The notes: generated by a model not told the origin, from the sequence alone. Counted from the stretch's first letter, positions 1 to 12,920 are shown. The stretch is 64,000 bases of DNA from Chiloscyllium plagiosum (GCF_004010195.1 NC_057718.1:46196600-46260599); one strand, 5' to 3'. Numbers and translations are program-made.

Positions 1-390
1 TCAGTATCCTGGGATGCAGACCATCAGGCCCCGGGGGCTTATCAACCTTCAGACCTAACAGTCTCGCTAACACCAAATCCTGGCAAATATAAATTCCCTT
101 ATGTTCAGGTCCTTCAGCCACTGTTACCTCAGGGAGATTGCTTGTGTCTTCCCCAGTGAACACAGATCTGAAGTACCCATTTAATTCCTCTGCCATTTCT
201 TTGTTCCTAGTAATATATTCCCCTGTTTCTGTCTTCAAGGGCCCAATTTTTGTCCTAACCATTTTTTTGCCTTGCACATACCTAAAAAAGCTTTTACTAT
301 CCTCCTTAACATTCTTGGCCAGTTTACCTTCGTACCTCATTTTTCCTCTGCATATTTCCTTCTTAGTAATCCTCTGTTGCTCTTTACAAC
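1..390 (-). mobile_element. CR1-clade LINE ORF2 fragment (endonuclease-RT linker), runs off window start
   Basis: Minus strand reads ...KEDSKSFFRYVQG... and ends ...PDGLHPRIL at position 1, motifs typical of the CR1 ORF2 region just before RT. Confidence 0.85.
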
Positions 391-443
391 ATCTGTTACT
401 CCATCTGCCAGACTTCTTCCCACTCAGTTAAACTGTCTATGTT

Positions 444-746
444 AAATTAGATTACCTACAGTGTGAAAACAGGCCGTTTGGCCAATCAGTCCACACCGAC
501 CATCAGAAGAGTAACCCACCCAGACCCATTGCCCTCTGACTAATGCACCTAACACTATGGGCAATTTAGCATCGCCAATTCACCTGACCTGCACATCTTT
601 GGACTGTGGAAGGAAACCGGAGCACCCGGAGGAAACCCACGCAGACACAGGGAGAATGTGCAAACTCCACACAGACAGTTGCCCAAGGTTGGGATAAAAC
701 CTAGGACCCTGGTGCTCTGAGGCAGCAGTGCTAACGACTAAGCCAC
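444..746 (-). mobile_element. HE1-like tRNA-derived SINE inserted in CR1
   Basis: Reverse complement begins gtggcttagtcgttagcactgctgcctcagag (A box), has a B-box-like ggttttatcc, the core gtctgtgtggagtttgcacattctcc and a CR1-like tail ggcctgttttcacactgtaggtaatct. Possible TSD tgtt. Confidence 0.88.
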
Positions 747-1058
747 TGTTCCTTTGCAAACCTTCACAGTCCTCTGCAAACTTGGCTCTATCACTCATCA
801 TAGTGCGATCTGCAAACTTTGACACACTACACATGGTCCCCAACTCCAAATCATCTATGTAAATTGTGAATAATTGTGGTCCCAACACTAATTCCTGAGG
901 CACACTACTGTCACTGATCTCCAACCAGGAAAGCACTCATTTATCCCCACACTTTGCTTCCTTTTAGTTAACCAATCCTCTAGCCATGCTAATACATTGC
1001 CTGTAATGCCTTGCATCTTTATCTTGTGCAGCAGCCTTTTGTGCTGCACTCTGTCGAA

Positions 1059-1313
1059 TGCCTTGTGGAAACCTAGATACACCACATCTACTGGGTCCCC
1101 TTTGTCCACCATGCTCATAATGTCTTCATAGAATTCTAGTAAATTAATTAAGGATGATCTGCCCTTCATGAGCCCATGCTTCATCTGCCTTGTGGAAACC
1201 TAGATACACCACATCTACTGGGTCCCCTTTGTCCACATGCTCATAATGTCTTCATAGAATTCTAATAAATTAATTAAGGATGATCTGCCCTTCATGAGCC
1301 CATGCTTCATCTG
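1059..1313. repeat. Tandem duplication, 127-bp period, inside CR1 RT
   Basis: tgccttgtggaaacctagatacacc...gcttcatc occurs at 1059 and again at 1186 with only about 2 differences. Confidence 0.95.
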
Positions 1314-1759
1314 TCCAATAAGACAATTTCTATCCAGATATCTTGTTATTTCTTCCTTGAAAATAGGTTCAAGCATTTTTCCCACTGCAGAAGTTAAGCT
1401 AACTGGCCTATAATTCCCCATTTTTTGGCTACCTCCTTTTTTAATGTAAAAATGGAAAATGTTTGAAATTCACAGTGGGCCATTCAGCATTTGTAAAGAG
1501 AAGATTGGTATGCACCAGGTTCTAATGAAAGCTACACATTGGGAATATCTGCCTTTTGTCTTTACATTGGATTCCCAAACCAGCAAAACCAGCTGACTGA
1601 AATCTGTACTCCAGTTTCAAGTGCTAATTTGCAGTCCATCCTTTCAACATATTACAACCTAAAAGGAATGCTATAAACCCCTAATTAATGTGTTAAAGGG
1701 AATGATGTTTATGATAAAATTTTCAAATGACAAAAGCCACTCACAGTCTCTCATGTTCT

Positions 1760-2340
1760 TCTTAGGCAATCCCACAAAGTTTCTTCCTCTCTAGTTCAAT
1801 GTGTTCTAAGAAGGTTAAGAGGTCCACTGTGTAGCCAGCAGACACTACCATATGCAGGGCAGATGAAACTTGAAGCATTGGGTCAGTGAGCTGCATAGTG
1901 ATTTATGAACTCCCGCTGGTGCCTTGACTATGCCTCTGTCTGTTCCTGACAGTCTCTTGATGTGTTTGATGCCTTCCCAAATGAACCCTCTTTATCTTGG
2001 TTGATCAGAAGGCAGGTTTCCTGTGAGGTAAGATGATTGACATCTTCAGGGATGCTTTTAAGAACATCACAATTGTGCTCCCATAAATTTCCTGCATGTC
2101 ACTTGCGCTGGCCAAGTTCTGAGTAGAGCAGTTGCTTCAGTAGTCTGGTGTTGGACATGCTATCGATGAGCGCTGAAGCAAAGAGGTTCCTACCTTAATC
2201 CTGGGTGAATTGGGTTTGAAAAGGAAACTGCTTTTGGATCGCTTGTCTTTCCAAGTGGCTTGAGACAGGAAGCTGCTGTTTGAACACCTGGATTTGAAAA
2301 TGCTGGCAGTAGTTCTTCAGGGCTTTGAGCTACACATTAT
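1760..2340 (-). mobile_element. Decayed RTE-clade LINE 3' ORF remnant
   Basis: Minus strand of about 2060-2160 reads MSNTRLLKQLLYSELGQ followed by DVLK, then FIWEGIKHI. This resembles the RTE ORF C-terminus (RLPKQLLYSEL...DVLKASL). Confidence 0.6.
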
Positions 2341-3949
2341 ATGCACATATGACATAGCTTCCAGAGAACAAGAACCAGGCTTTAAGATAAAACAAATTTA
2401 AGGAACATGTTGCTATACAAACCGTACTCTCACAGTACATTACCTCTACAGTTTCATAAGTAGTAGAGTGGAACCATGGACGCAGATAGTAAGAATAATG
2501 AAGTTTGTGCAGCTACACAAAAGGTACAAGTGTGAGGTCCATAATAATAGGAGAATGATAGTAATGGGAGCTCCTCAAAGTCGGGGCCTCAGATACAAAA
2601 TAATACATTTCAACCCATTTGTCCTGCACCTTTAATGACCTGTGTATTTGCACATCAGGTTCACTTTGATACTTGCAGTGTCAAGTGTTCTGTGGTTCAT
2701 TCTGTGGGTCTACTGATTGATTTACTTTATGCTCACTGTTCTTGATTGGGCGTGGGGTCAGGGAAAAGTAATCAAACTGTAGAAGCCAGAGTTCAAGAAT
2801 GGAGTAAACATTTGAAAGCACTATGAATAAATCCTGTTAGAAACTTGTTTTATCTCTGCATAGACCTGAAATAAACAATTTACAATGGTTCTCTCTTTGA
2901 AGTGCTACCATTTATTATCTATGCTCCTTCACCATTATTTGTGAAATGTATTACTTCACCTTTAGTTGCTTTTGCTACTGTTTTTGTAACAGTCAATCCA
3001 TAACCCGCCATAGACTTCCACATCTCTTGCCAGAGTTCGTTACACTCACAAATTGATTTCACCAGCAGATTTCAATGTTGCCACTGTAGTTCCTAAATTC
3101 AGATTAAATGTATATGCAGCTAATTAGAACAACCCTTGTTCTGTATCACTAACCACAGCTTTACATTTCTTTTAAAACTTCTCTGTTTTCTATCTTTCAA
3201 CCATTTCTCCATCTTTCTAATTACATTCCTCTTAAATCCATTATTTCTGTTATCTTTGTATGTGTTTCTAATATGGATGTTTTAAAAGTGTACATAAACT
3301 TAACAATCTGCATTCCTTCATCCATTCTTACTGTTATTCTTAAAGGAAGTTATAAGCTGTAGAAAGGAGTGACATGCCGCTTAGAAATGCGTGCAGTCTG
3401 GCTCTGATTAGCCTAAATGAAATGTATAAAATCAATATCACTTAAGCTTATAAGAACTCATAAGAACATATTGTAAACATTAATCTTTTAAAATCATAAA
3501 TATATAAATCTGTTTACTTATACATTTTCCATACATACAAGAAACCACATAGTGCTTTCAACTGTTCAATATCCTATTAATGCCCCATTTGTGTAAACAT
3601 GAATTAGATATTTGAAAATAATGCTGTGCATCATTCAAATGTGTGCACGAGACATTATAGACTATTGTGCCAAATCATTTACAGTTTTGACTAGGAACTG
3701 GCACTTTTTCTGGAAACCTTGACATAATTTCGAGAGATAAAACAGGTGATGTTGACTGAACTGCAAATGACATATCTCTCTTGATTTACATTTCCAATAG
3801 TCAGTAAAAATGAAAATTGAAAGAGACATATAACAGCAAGTTAAATCAATATCAAGCACTTCATAAAGCAACCAAAAGTCAAAATTACACTAATATTGTA
3901 TAAGAGCATTTATTACTAATGCCAAATTTGCAGACTTTAAATATAATAA

Positions 3950-4818
3950 TGTCTTCTACTGCTCTTTTTTTTTGGATTTTTCACAGTTGTTAAAATAATA
4001 TCAGCAAGTTTTAAGGACCATGTCTTTATTGCTTTTGTGTCTTTTAAAACTGTGGACTGCAAGGGAAATAACTGTTTTTAAAATCAGCGTTTTACCAGGA
4101 TGGCTGCATAATTTCACAGCAAGGAATTTGAATGCCATTTTGTGTCTATGCGTTCTTGTAATGTGCAGATGATCATGGCAGAGGAGTTGTTGACAAGGGA
4201 AGCTGACGTGTTTGCAAGTAATTGAGCAGCTTGGAACTGGAAACAAGTTACAGAGACAGAGAGAGATAGAAAAGAAGTATGCAAATCTTCTTCCATCTTG
4301 AAGTTGTTTGTTCTTTGCAGCCAGAAACTCAGTTCAAACCTGAAGAAAAGCTGTTAGTTATCCTGCAAAGTTTGCTGTAGGCCATAACTTTTGCACTGAG
4401 AAATCAGTTATTTTTGAAGTGTTTCAATTACTCTACTTCTTACAAACCAGTGGAAGAATCCAGAGGAAGACAGCTGAACATCAAGAGGTCTGGTCAATCA
4501 AAGAAGGGCTATCTCAACATTGGTGTTTGTATGTGTGTGTATGTAAAGGGGAGTTTATAAGAGGGTTAGAATTTTAGCTAGTAGTATTATACGCCAATGA
4601 TTTACATCTGTGTACCTGTAGCTATAGTCTAAATACATGTAATAACAATTATTTCTTGGTTAATGCAGCAACCTTTTCTTTTTTTCTAGCAATCTGGTTC
4701 TGAAAGTCAGGTAAATCAAGATTCTGTACTTATTGTAAAAAAAAACTTGTAACATTTGGTATGTTGTAGTGAATAGCAGGGCTTCGTTTATGGCATGTTA
4801 CCCCATGGGGTCATATCA
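3950..4818 (+). repeat. 5' LTR of Gmr1-like element
   Basis: Colinear similarity to 9620-10616 (e.g. cttttgtgtcttt(t)aaaact, gctgcataa(t/g)ttcacagcaa, gaaacaagttaca, cagaaactcagtt, ggagtttataag). Begins TGT, ends ...atatCA before the PBS. Confidence 0.82.
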
Positions 4819-4823
4819 AAGTT

Positions 4824-4841
4824 TGGGGCTCTTATCCAGGA
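4824..4841 (+). promoter_or_regulatory. Primer-binding site, tRNA-Pro-like
   Basis: tggggctcttatccagga resembles the tRNA-Pro PBS TGGGGGCTCGTCCGGGAT and lies a few nt after the LTR end. Confidence 0.65.
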
Positions 4842-5364
4842 CTGGATTGGATTGAAAACAAAGGCAATGAAGAGTTGGGGTTAATCTTTGCAAATAATAC
4901 AGGTGAAGGAACTCATCTGTTTCTGTACTGCACTGAACAGGGCATTATAAAAGGTTTCTGCAAGTGACAGAGTTGTCGCTGGCAGCCATAAAGGTAATGT
5001 CAAAACCAAGGTTGATTGACTTGCTGGGTAAACTGGAGGTTGCATTGACAAACCAAGATAACAATACCGAAGACTTTGGGGAGTGAAATGTCAGAATAAG
5101 GTCAAATTCAGTTACAGTTAAAGTCGCTTGAGCACAAGAAGGGAATGAAGGAAAGAAAGGTGGCAAATGAAATCAAAATGAATGAGAATAAGAAAACTAG
5201 AATTAGTATTGCAAAAAAAAAGAGTGAGGGAACATGAATAAAACTTAAAATGATGCAGTTGAAACAAGAGATGTCAGATCTGATGCGGGCTCTAGTTGGG
5301 GGAAGATTTTGAGTCATAATTTGAAATCCAATAAGAAAGGTAAAATTTTGCATAAATCTGACCA

Positions 5365-6050
5365 AAATTTGAGGGAAAGAATATGAAGGCATTCTTCAAG
5401 TCATTTGAGAAAAGGCTAGGCAAATAAGATGGGTCAAAGAGGACTGGCTTTGCTTATGCAGAGTAAGTTGACAGGTAGCACACAAGAAATTTATACATCG
5501 CTGTCAGAGGAAGTTTCTTGAGATTGTGGCACAATGAAGAAGATGAAATTGATTGCATAAAAGTTAGTGCATGAGGCATTTCAGCAAAACCTCTACAATT
5601 TAAGGAAGCAGTTTGTGCAAACCCATATTGAATTGAAAAGAGTGAAACAATGCAATTTTGACATGGATAAGAGCATTAGAAGTCAAATCATGTTTGAAGC
5701 TCTCAGAGAGCTCTCAGAGGAATATAAGAACTCATTACCTTTCATAATAAGAACCCATATTGAAGACCAAAGAGCTGCAATTGTTACTGAGGCAACAATA
5801 ATGTCTGATAACAACAATGATTATGAGATCATGCATAAAACTAAACATTTTTTCTACCACTCTTATAAGTTCAAAAGGGATAGAAAATGGGAGAGTAATA
5901 AATAGACAAGGTAATGAATGAATAGTTTGGGAATGCCCTTGGTCCGCTCCATAGATTGGAAAGGAAAGTACTGAGGGTGGAGATGAAAATCAGAAGCCAA
6001 GGTGTTTCCATTGTCACAAGGTGGCACACATTTCCTCAAAATGCTGGAAG
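5365..6050 (+). pseudogene. Gmr1-like gag (capsid/SCAN-related region plus CCHC zinc knuckle), disrupted
   Basis: KFEGKNMKAFFKSFEK..RWVKEDW..LMQSKLTG..EIYTSLSEE..LVHEAFQQNLYNLRKQFVQTHIE. Knuckle CFHCHKVAHISSKC at 6003-6044. Confidence 0.82.
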
Positions 6051-6244
6051 TTATTTGGAAACACATAGGACTCTTTGGCATTTGCGAGGAGGGGTCTAAA
6101 AAGGAAACTCTGATTAATAGGTCACAGATCAGATGGCAATTTTAACTACAACTGAGAGATTGGAGTTAAATACTACTATGAGAGCAAAAGACATATATAG
6201 GGTGGATGAGAGGTTATGAAGCATTTTATCTGAAGGGAACAACT

Positions 6245-7460
6245 TTTCTAAGAGATGCAGGGGGCTACTCAAACTCCTTGGCTGCAGAAGCATTTATTTT
6301 TTCCATCCAGAGTGTTCTATGAAAGCTGAGGTGTTGATCAATGGAATAGATGGAGAGTATATCCAAGTTCCATTTTAGAAAATCCAATTGGAATGTGACT
6401 TTTGATCTTGATTAACGATAGTCAAGGTGGATCAAACATTTACTGCAGTTGGAGTTGATTTATCTCTGGGGAATGATTTGGCAGGTGTGAAAAACATAGC
6501 TTCACCTAAAATCAGAGAGTCCAGTTGAGCCTAAATGGATGGAACACTTACAGGAACAGATTTTAGATATCTTTCCAGCATGTGTGGTGACCAGAGTAAT
6601 GGCTTAAAAACATTAGAGGTCACAAGCAGAAACTCTTTTTAAGAATGAGGATAGTTCAAAAGAGGTGTTTTACATGTCTTTGTTAACTGAGACTGGGGAA
6701 GAAGATTGAGAGTTAAGTAAGTTAGTACAGACAGCTCTCAGTGAAGATTAAGCTGAAAGCATAACAGAGTGTTATTATACAGAAAACAGCTTTGATGAAG
6801 AAGTAGAGATATCCTTGTAGACCTGCAGGCAAAGAATAGATTGTTTAGTATCAGATAATGGCACCAGATATTGTAACATAACATTCCTGTGGAGAGACAT
6901 ATAGGAAGATAAAAAATGCAGGCATCAATATGCAGGCATTTTAGATGGCCAAGGCTTCATTCAGATGTAATACAGTTCTGTAGAATTTGTCATGAATGTA
7001 GGTGGTTGGAAAATCTCATCATTTAATCAGACCAATGCCTTTTAAAACAATATCAGTTTTTGAAGAATCATTTGGCTGAGTGTTAGCGGACTGTATGAGA
7101 CCATTACCAAAAATAAAAGTTGAACATTGGTATATCCTTACAAAAATGAATATGTCAAATTGACATCAGGGATAAAGAGTCATCCACTTTTGTTACATCA
7201 AATGTTATATCAATGTCAACTGGTGCTATTTAGGTTAAAGAATGCCCCAGAGGCATATGAATCAAGTCATAGCTGCAGTTCATGATTGTGTAGTCCATTT
7301 AGAAAATGTTGGAGCAAACAGTAGAACTTGAGAATAGCATGTACGACAGGTTAAAGACCTGTTTATGTAATTACTTTTGGCTTGTTTACTGATAAACTTA
7401 GCCAAAAAATCAATTTAAAAAGCAAGAGTGATTAACTTTAGATATGTTGTGGGAATAAGT
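6245..7460 (+). pseudogene. Gmr1-like pol remnants: protease, then integrase, then RT (internally deleted)
   Basis: LRDAG (PR) about 6248; HNIPVERHIG..HFRWPRLHSDVIQFCRICHEC (IN HHCC) 6877-6999; VLADCMRPLPK about 7080; LFRLKNAP about 7225-7250 and VHLENV (YLDD-like) about 7292 (RT). Confidence 0.8.
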
Positions 7461-7627
7461 TAAAATTTAAGAAATTATAGGCCTATGTAAGTTTGTGTAA
7501 GGGGTTGGGGGGGAGAAGAATGAATGGATATAAGTCTTGTTTTATTATTGTATGTTGCATGTTTGCAATGTAACAAGTTTTTGAAATGGTGTTTAGTTTT
7601 TCTCAGGGACAGAAGCATGTAAGAACT

Positions 7628-9305
7628 AGGACCTCTCAAAGATCAGCAAGGTAGCCTATGTGTGGAACTGCAGGTGATGGGGGAGATACTGAATGAGTAT
7701 TTTGCATCAGTGTTTACTGCGGAGAAGGCTATGGAAGATACAGAATGTAGAGAAATAGATGATAACTTATTGAAAAATGGAGGAAGTGCTGACTGTCTTA
7801 AAACGTGTAAAGGTAGATAAAACCCCAGGATCTGATCAGGTATACCCCAGAACACTGTGGGAAGCTAGGAAAGCGATTGCTGGGCCCCTTGCTGAGGTAT
7901 TTGGATCATTGATAGTCATAGGCGAGATGCCAGAAGACTGGAGTTTGGCAAATGTGGTGCCACTATTTAAGAAAGGTGGTAAGGAAAAGCAAGGGAACTA
8001 TAGACCAGTGAGCCTGACATCGTGGTGGGAAGTTGTTTGAGGGAATTTTAAGGGACCAGGATTTACATATATTTGGAAAGGCAAGAATTGATTACGGATA
8101 GTCAACATGGTTTTGTGTATGGGAAATCATGCCTTGATTGAGTTATTTGAAGAAGTAACAAGGAGGGTTAAGGAGGGCAGAATGGTGGACATCATCTATA
8201 TGGACTTTAGTAAGGTGTTCGACAAGGTTCCTCATTATAGACTGGCTAGCAAGGTTAGATCTCATGGAATACAGGGAGAACTAGCCATTTGGATACAGAA
8301 CTGGCTCGAAGATAGAAGTCAGAGGATGGTGGTGGAGTGTTGCTTTTCAGACTGGAGGCCTGTGACCAGTTGTGTGCCACAAGGATCAGTGCTGGGTCCA
8401 CTGCTTTTCATCATTTATATAAATGATTTGGATGTGAACATAGGAGGTATAGTTAGTAAGTTTGGAGGTATTGTGGACAGCGAATAAGGTTAGCTCAGAG
8501 TACAAAGGGATCTTGATCAGAGGGGCCACTGGGCCAAGGAAGGCAAGTGGAGCATAATTTAGATAAATGCATTTTGGAAAGGCAAATCAGGGCAGAACTT
8601 ATACACTTATGGTAAGGTCCTGGGGAGTGTTGCTGAACAAAGAGACCTTGGACGACAGGTACCATAGAGTCACAGTTAGATAGGATAGTGAAGAAGGTGT
8701 TTGGTCAGTCCATTGATTATAGGAGTTGGAAGGACATGTTGCAGCTGTATAGTACATTGGTTAGGCCACTTTTGGAATACTGTGTGCAATTCCAGTCTCC
8801 CTCCTATATGGATGTTGTGAAACTTGAAAGGGTTCAGAAAAGATTTACAAGGATGTTGCCAGGGGTGGAGGATGTGAGCTATAAGGAGAGGCTAAATAGG
8901 CTGGGGCTGTTGTACCTGAAGCGTTGGAAGCTGAGGGGTGACCTTGTAGAGTTTTATAAAATCATGAGGGGCGTGGAAATGGTAAATAGACAAGGTCTTT
9001 TCCCTGGGGTGGGAGAACTAGAGGGCATAGGTTTAAGATGAGAGGGGTAAGATATAAAAGGGAGCTAAGGGGCAACCTTTCACGCAAAGGGTGGTGCATG
9101 CACAGAATGAGCTGCCAGAAGAAGTGGTGGAGGCTGGTACAATTACAACATTTAAAAGACATCTGGATGGGTATATGAATAGAAAGGGTTTAGAGGGATA
9201 TGGGCCAAGGGCTGTAAAGTGGGACTAGATTAATGTAGGATATCTGGTTGGCATGGAAGAGTTGACCGAAGGATCTATTTTCATGCTGTACATCTCTATG
9301 ACTCT
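7628..9305 (+). mobile_element. 5'-truncated CR1/HER1-type LINE
   Basis: ORFs 7777-9041 carry CR1 RT motifs ([71 protein letters not shown]). Ends in an (ctctatga)n tail; possible TSD aact. Confidence 0.95.
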
Positions 9306-9327
9306 AACTGTTTCTTTTTATTTTTTT

Positions 9328-9620
9328 GAATTCATTCATGGGATGAGGGCATCACTGGCAAGGCCAGGATTTATTGCCCATCCCTAACTGCCATGAGGCA
9401 AGTTAAGGGTTTACCACATTGCTGTGGATCTGGAGTCACATGTAGGCCAGACTAGATAAGGATGGCAGTTTCCTTCCCTAAAAGATATTAGTGAACCAGC
9501 TGGGTTTCCCTGATCATTGGCAATAGATTTATGATCATCATTAGACTGTTAATTCCATATTTTCATTGAATTCAAATTTTAGCACCAGCCATAGTGGGAT
9601 TTGAACCCAGGTCCCCAGAA
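9328..9620 (-). mobile_element. tRNA-derived SINE (MER131-like family by recollection), 5'-truncated
   Basis: Reverse complement: ctggggacctgggttcaaatcccac (B box) ... ctggttcactaatatc ... gtgactccagatccacagcaatgtgg ... catcccatgaatgaat tail. Same family as 49371-49730. Confidence 0.8.
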
Positions 9621-10714
9621 TACTTTTGTGTCTTTAAAACTATGAACTGCACGGAGGAAGAGGATTTATCAGAATCGCTGCATAAGTTCACAGCAAAGAA
9701 TTTAATACTTATTGTGAACTATGTTTTTTGTGGCTGTGGTTTGCTGAAATGTACAGATGATCAGGAACAAAGGAGTTGTTTCCAAATGAAGCTGATTGGT
9801 TCACAGATAACTGAGCACACTAGAAATAGAAACAAGTTACACAGGCACAGAGATGGTGAAAGAAAGAGAGAGTAAAGAAGTGTGTAAATCTTCTAGCCAA
9901 AAAACATTTCCCTGCAGTCAGAAACTCAGTTTAAACCCGAAGAAAACTAGCTGCCTTCCTATAGAAGTTGCTGTAAGCTGTGACTTATGAATTGATGAAC
10001 CAGAGCTATTTTCCAAGTAAATCAGTTACTTTGTATTACTTACAAACCAATGGAAGCATCCAGAGAAAGACAACTGAACAACAAATGGTCTGCCCAATTA
10101 AAGAAGCATCATTTGTACATTGGCACTGGGAACTGGAACTGACTTTCCAGTTTTACTACCTCTGCCAATAATCGATTTTCCGTATATATGTATGTGTGTG
10201 TGTGTGTATGTGCTGCTCATGTGCATGTGTGTATGTTTGTGTGCCTAAATGCAAATGTGTTTGCAAGTTTGTGTATATACGCATGCGGGTGTCTGTCTAT
10301 GGGTGCATGTGGGCATGTGTGTGTGTGAGCAGGAGTTTATAAGGGGCTCAGAGTTTTAGTTAGTTGCGTTACATGCCAATGCTTTATATCTGTTTTCCTG
10401 TAGCTATATATTTGTAATAAATACTCATTCTTTATCAGTGCAGAAACCAAGTCTATGCTTTCTAACAACCTTGATCTGAAAGTTAACTAAATTGATGTAC
10501 TGTGCATACCATAAAGAATGCTTTAACGTTTTGGTGTGACTTTGGGAATAGGTTTAGGTTAGCATTATTGAGTAGCAGAGCTCATTTACGATGCACTACC
10601 TCAGTGAATTGTAACAATATGCTTTTTTTATCCTTATTGATTGTAGACTTGTTGCTGTTAAAATGCAGCAACTAATCATTTTCCACCAATGCTTGTTATT
10701 TTTACAACAAGCTA

Positions 10715-11070
10715 TTAGAGCACGAGAGTTCAGAACAAAAGTGGGCCATTTTACTCTTTGAAGACTGTTCCAAATTCAATAAGGTAATACATCAACTCCA
10801 CTTGCTTGCCCTATCACTATATTTCTTGAATCCCTGCATGATTAGAAGTCTTTATTAATTTTGACTGTGCACAAGGATAGACCATCCTGTACTAAAGGAG
10901 TTCAAAGATTTACAGCCCTTTGATTGAAGAAGTTTCTCCTCACCTCAGCTCTAAATCTCTGACCTTTATCCTGAGGTCGAGAATCCTGGTTTTTGGCTCC
11001 ATTGCAAGAGACACAAACTTCCAGCTTCCAGCTTGTTAAGTCATCTGAAATGGTTCTGGCATTTCAATAA
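10715..11070 (-). mobile_element. Old CR1 3'-end remnant
   Basis: aggagttcaaagatttacagccc...gaagaagtttctcctcacctcagctctaaat resembles the reverse complement of the CR1 ORF2 end and 3' UTR. Confidence 0.55.
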
Positions 11071-11919
11071 CTTCATCTGTCATAATATTCTGAAATATTT
11101 AGGATACTTCACATAATTTTCCTAAGGTCAGTTAAATTGTGAGTAGGACAGATCTGATTAACACGCTGGATTTTGAAAATTCCAAATATTTCATCATTTT
11201 CTCTTTCCAAGTCTTATGTCAAGGCAAATGTCAATGCAATTGAATTTTTTTTTAAAATATCTGTTTGAAAGCACCTATTCACTTGAGTAAATATACAAAA
11301 GAAAAACATCTTACATACAGATGCATTTTACCCAAACCGATGCACAATGGCTGCACAACAAACCCTTTCTAACAACAGTACATTGTTGTGAATGCACATA
11401 TTAAATAAATTCATCATTGATGGGAGGAAATAAACTTGCTGAGACAAACAATTCTATCTACAAATATATAAAGCACAATAGGACATTACAAAAACCTTAC
11501 GATTAATTCAATAAAACCAGATACAAATATTTAAAATTTCAGATAATACAGATTTTTTAAACAGATTCTTAGTAATTATGAACTTATGTATTCTGTCTAA
11601 CATAGAGAAAGCATATGTATTCATCATACCCAAGTCATCAGATATTTCTGGCAGTCAGTTGTAACAACTTGTATACTCATTGACTGCCAAGGTACTGTCT
11701 ATAAGGCAATCCCTTTTAAATGTACATTGGCATATTTTCCCATCTAATGGATGTGAGAGTAAAACTTCACATGCAAATCAAATTAAACAATTTTACTTTT
11801 AGTTAATTCTATTATTTAATTAATTCTAGGAGTCAATTATTCTTAAGTACAATAGGAATGAAATCTCACGGAGCTCCCAAAATCATCCTGATTCTGATAC
11901 AACAAAGTTGCACTCTGTC

Positions 11920-12920
11920 CAGTCAGCCTTATGAATTCCTCCTCACCAACACTTGGGAACATCTGGCGAGATTGGGAGATTTGTCCCACAGACTATTAAA
12001 GCAACAGTTTGACATTGTCTTACCTATATAACTATAACTTCCCAGTTTCGATAATGTCCCAGTTTCCTTCATCAGCAAACCCAAACAACATGCAATAGAT
12101 AGAGCTAAGTGATTCTGCAATCAACAGATCAGCTCCAAACTCTGCAGTCCCACCACATCCAGCCATGAATGATGATGGACAACTAAGTAATGGAGAATGA
12201 GACTCCATAACTAACATATCAGCATATCAATGCAAAGGACAAGAGTGAAATATTTACAACAATCTTCAACCAGCGATATCAAATTATTGTTCTGTCTTAG
12301 CTTCCTGAGGCCGCCCAGCAGCAATGCCTATCTTTAGTCAATTTGATTCTTTCCATGTAATATCAAAGCAGCACTTGGTGCTGCAAAGTATTTGGACCCT
12401 GACAACATTCTCACAATAGTACTGAAGACATGTACTTGATCATTAGTTGTGGTCCTAATCAAGCTATGGCTGTACACCTTTGACACAGACATCTACCAGG
12501 AAATATGGAAAATTGACTAGATATGCCCTATGCACAGAAGTGGGCAATTTCAACCCGGTCAAATACAGCTCCACATTCTACCTCAGTAATCATAAAAGTA
12601 TTTGGAGGAGGTCATCAACAATGCTATGAAGTGGCACTTGCTCAAAAAAAAACTGTCCTTTGATGCTCAGTTTGAGTTCCACCATGGCTACTCAGCTCCT
12701 AAGCTCGTAGAGGCTTGGTTTAAACATGGTGAAAGAGCTGAACATTAGAGGTGAGGTGAGAGTAACTGCCTTTGAAATTGAGGCAGCATTTGACTGAATA
12801 TGGCATCAAGGAAATCTAGCAAAATGGAAGTCAATGGGAATAATGGTGAAAATTCTCTGTTACTTCAGAGTCATATCTAGCACAAAGGAAAATGGCTTTC
12901 ATTGTTAGGAGGTCAAAGGC
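11920..12920 (+). mobile_element. Decayed CR1/L2-group LINE (endonuclease start plus RT), internally deleted
   Basis: LTNTWEHLARLGDLSHRLLKQQFDIV (APE N-terminus) about 11942-12020; DAQFEFHHGYSAP and ELNIRGEVRVTAFEIEAAFD*IWHQG (RT) about 12660-12810. Confidence 0.75.

Larger units (their letters stand above)
391..1445 (-). mobile_element. CR1-clade LINE RT fragment interrupted by a SINE and an internal tandem duplication
   Basis: ORF track: GNYRPVSLTSAVGKMLE, HGLMKGRSSLINLLEFYE, VDVVYLGFHKAFDRV, SSVPQELVLGPQLFTIYIDDL, SKFADRT. These are frameshifted CR1 RT motifs. Confidence 0.92.
3950..10616 (+). mobile_element. Gmr1-like Ty3/Gypsy LTR retrotransposon (decayed, two LTRs, PR-IN-RT order)
   Basis: Diverged direct repeats at 3950-4818 and 7618-10616 (TG...CA ends), PBS after the 5' LTR, and gag, CCHC knuckle, protease, integrase and RT motifs in between. 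Imperfect 4-bp TSD ataa/atat. Confidence 0.85.
7618..10616 (+). repeat. 3' LTR of Gmr1-like element, interrupted by a CR1 LINE and a SINE
   Basis: Starts tgtaagaact after purine-rich agggacagaagca, resumes at 9306 and 9621, ends gtaaCA at 10616. Contains a (TG)n-rich expansion at 10185-10328. Confidence 0.78.

Noticed and set aside
1448..1600. Possible very old inverted Penelope pLTR pair (ttctaatgaaag)
   Set aside because: Too degenerate to define arms or a ribozyme core.
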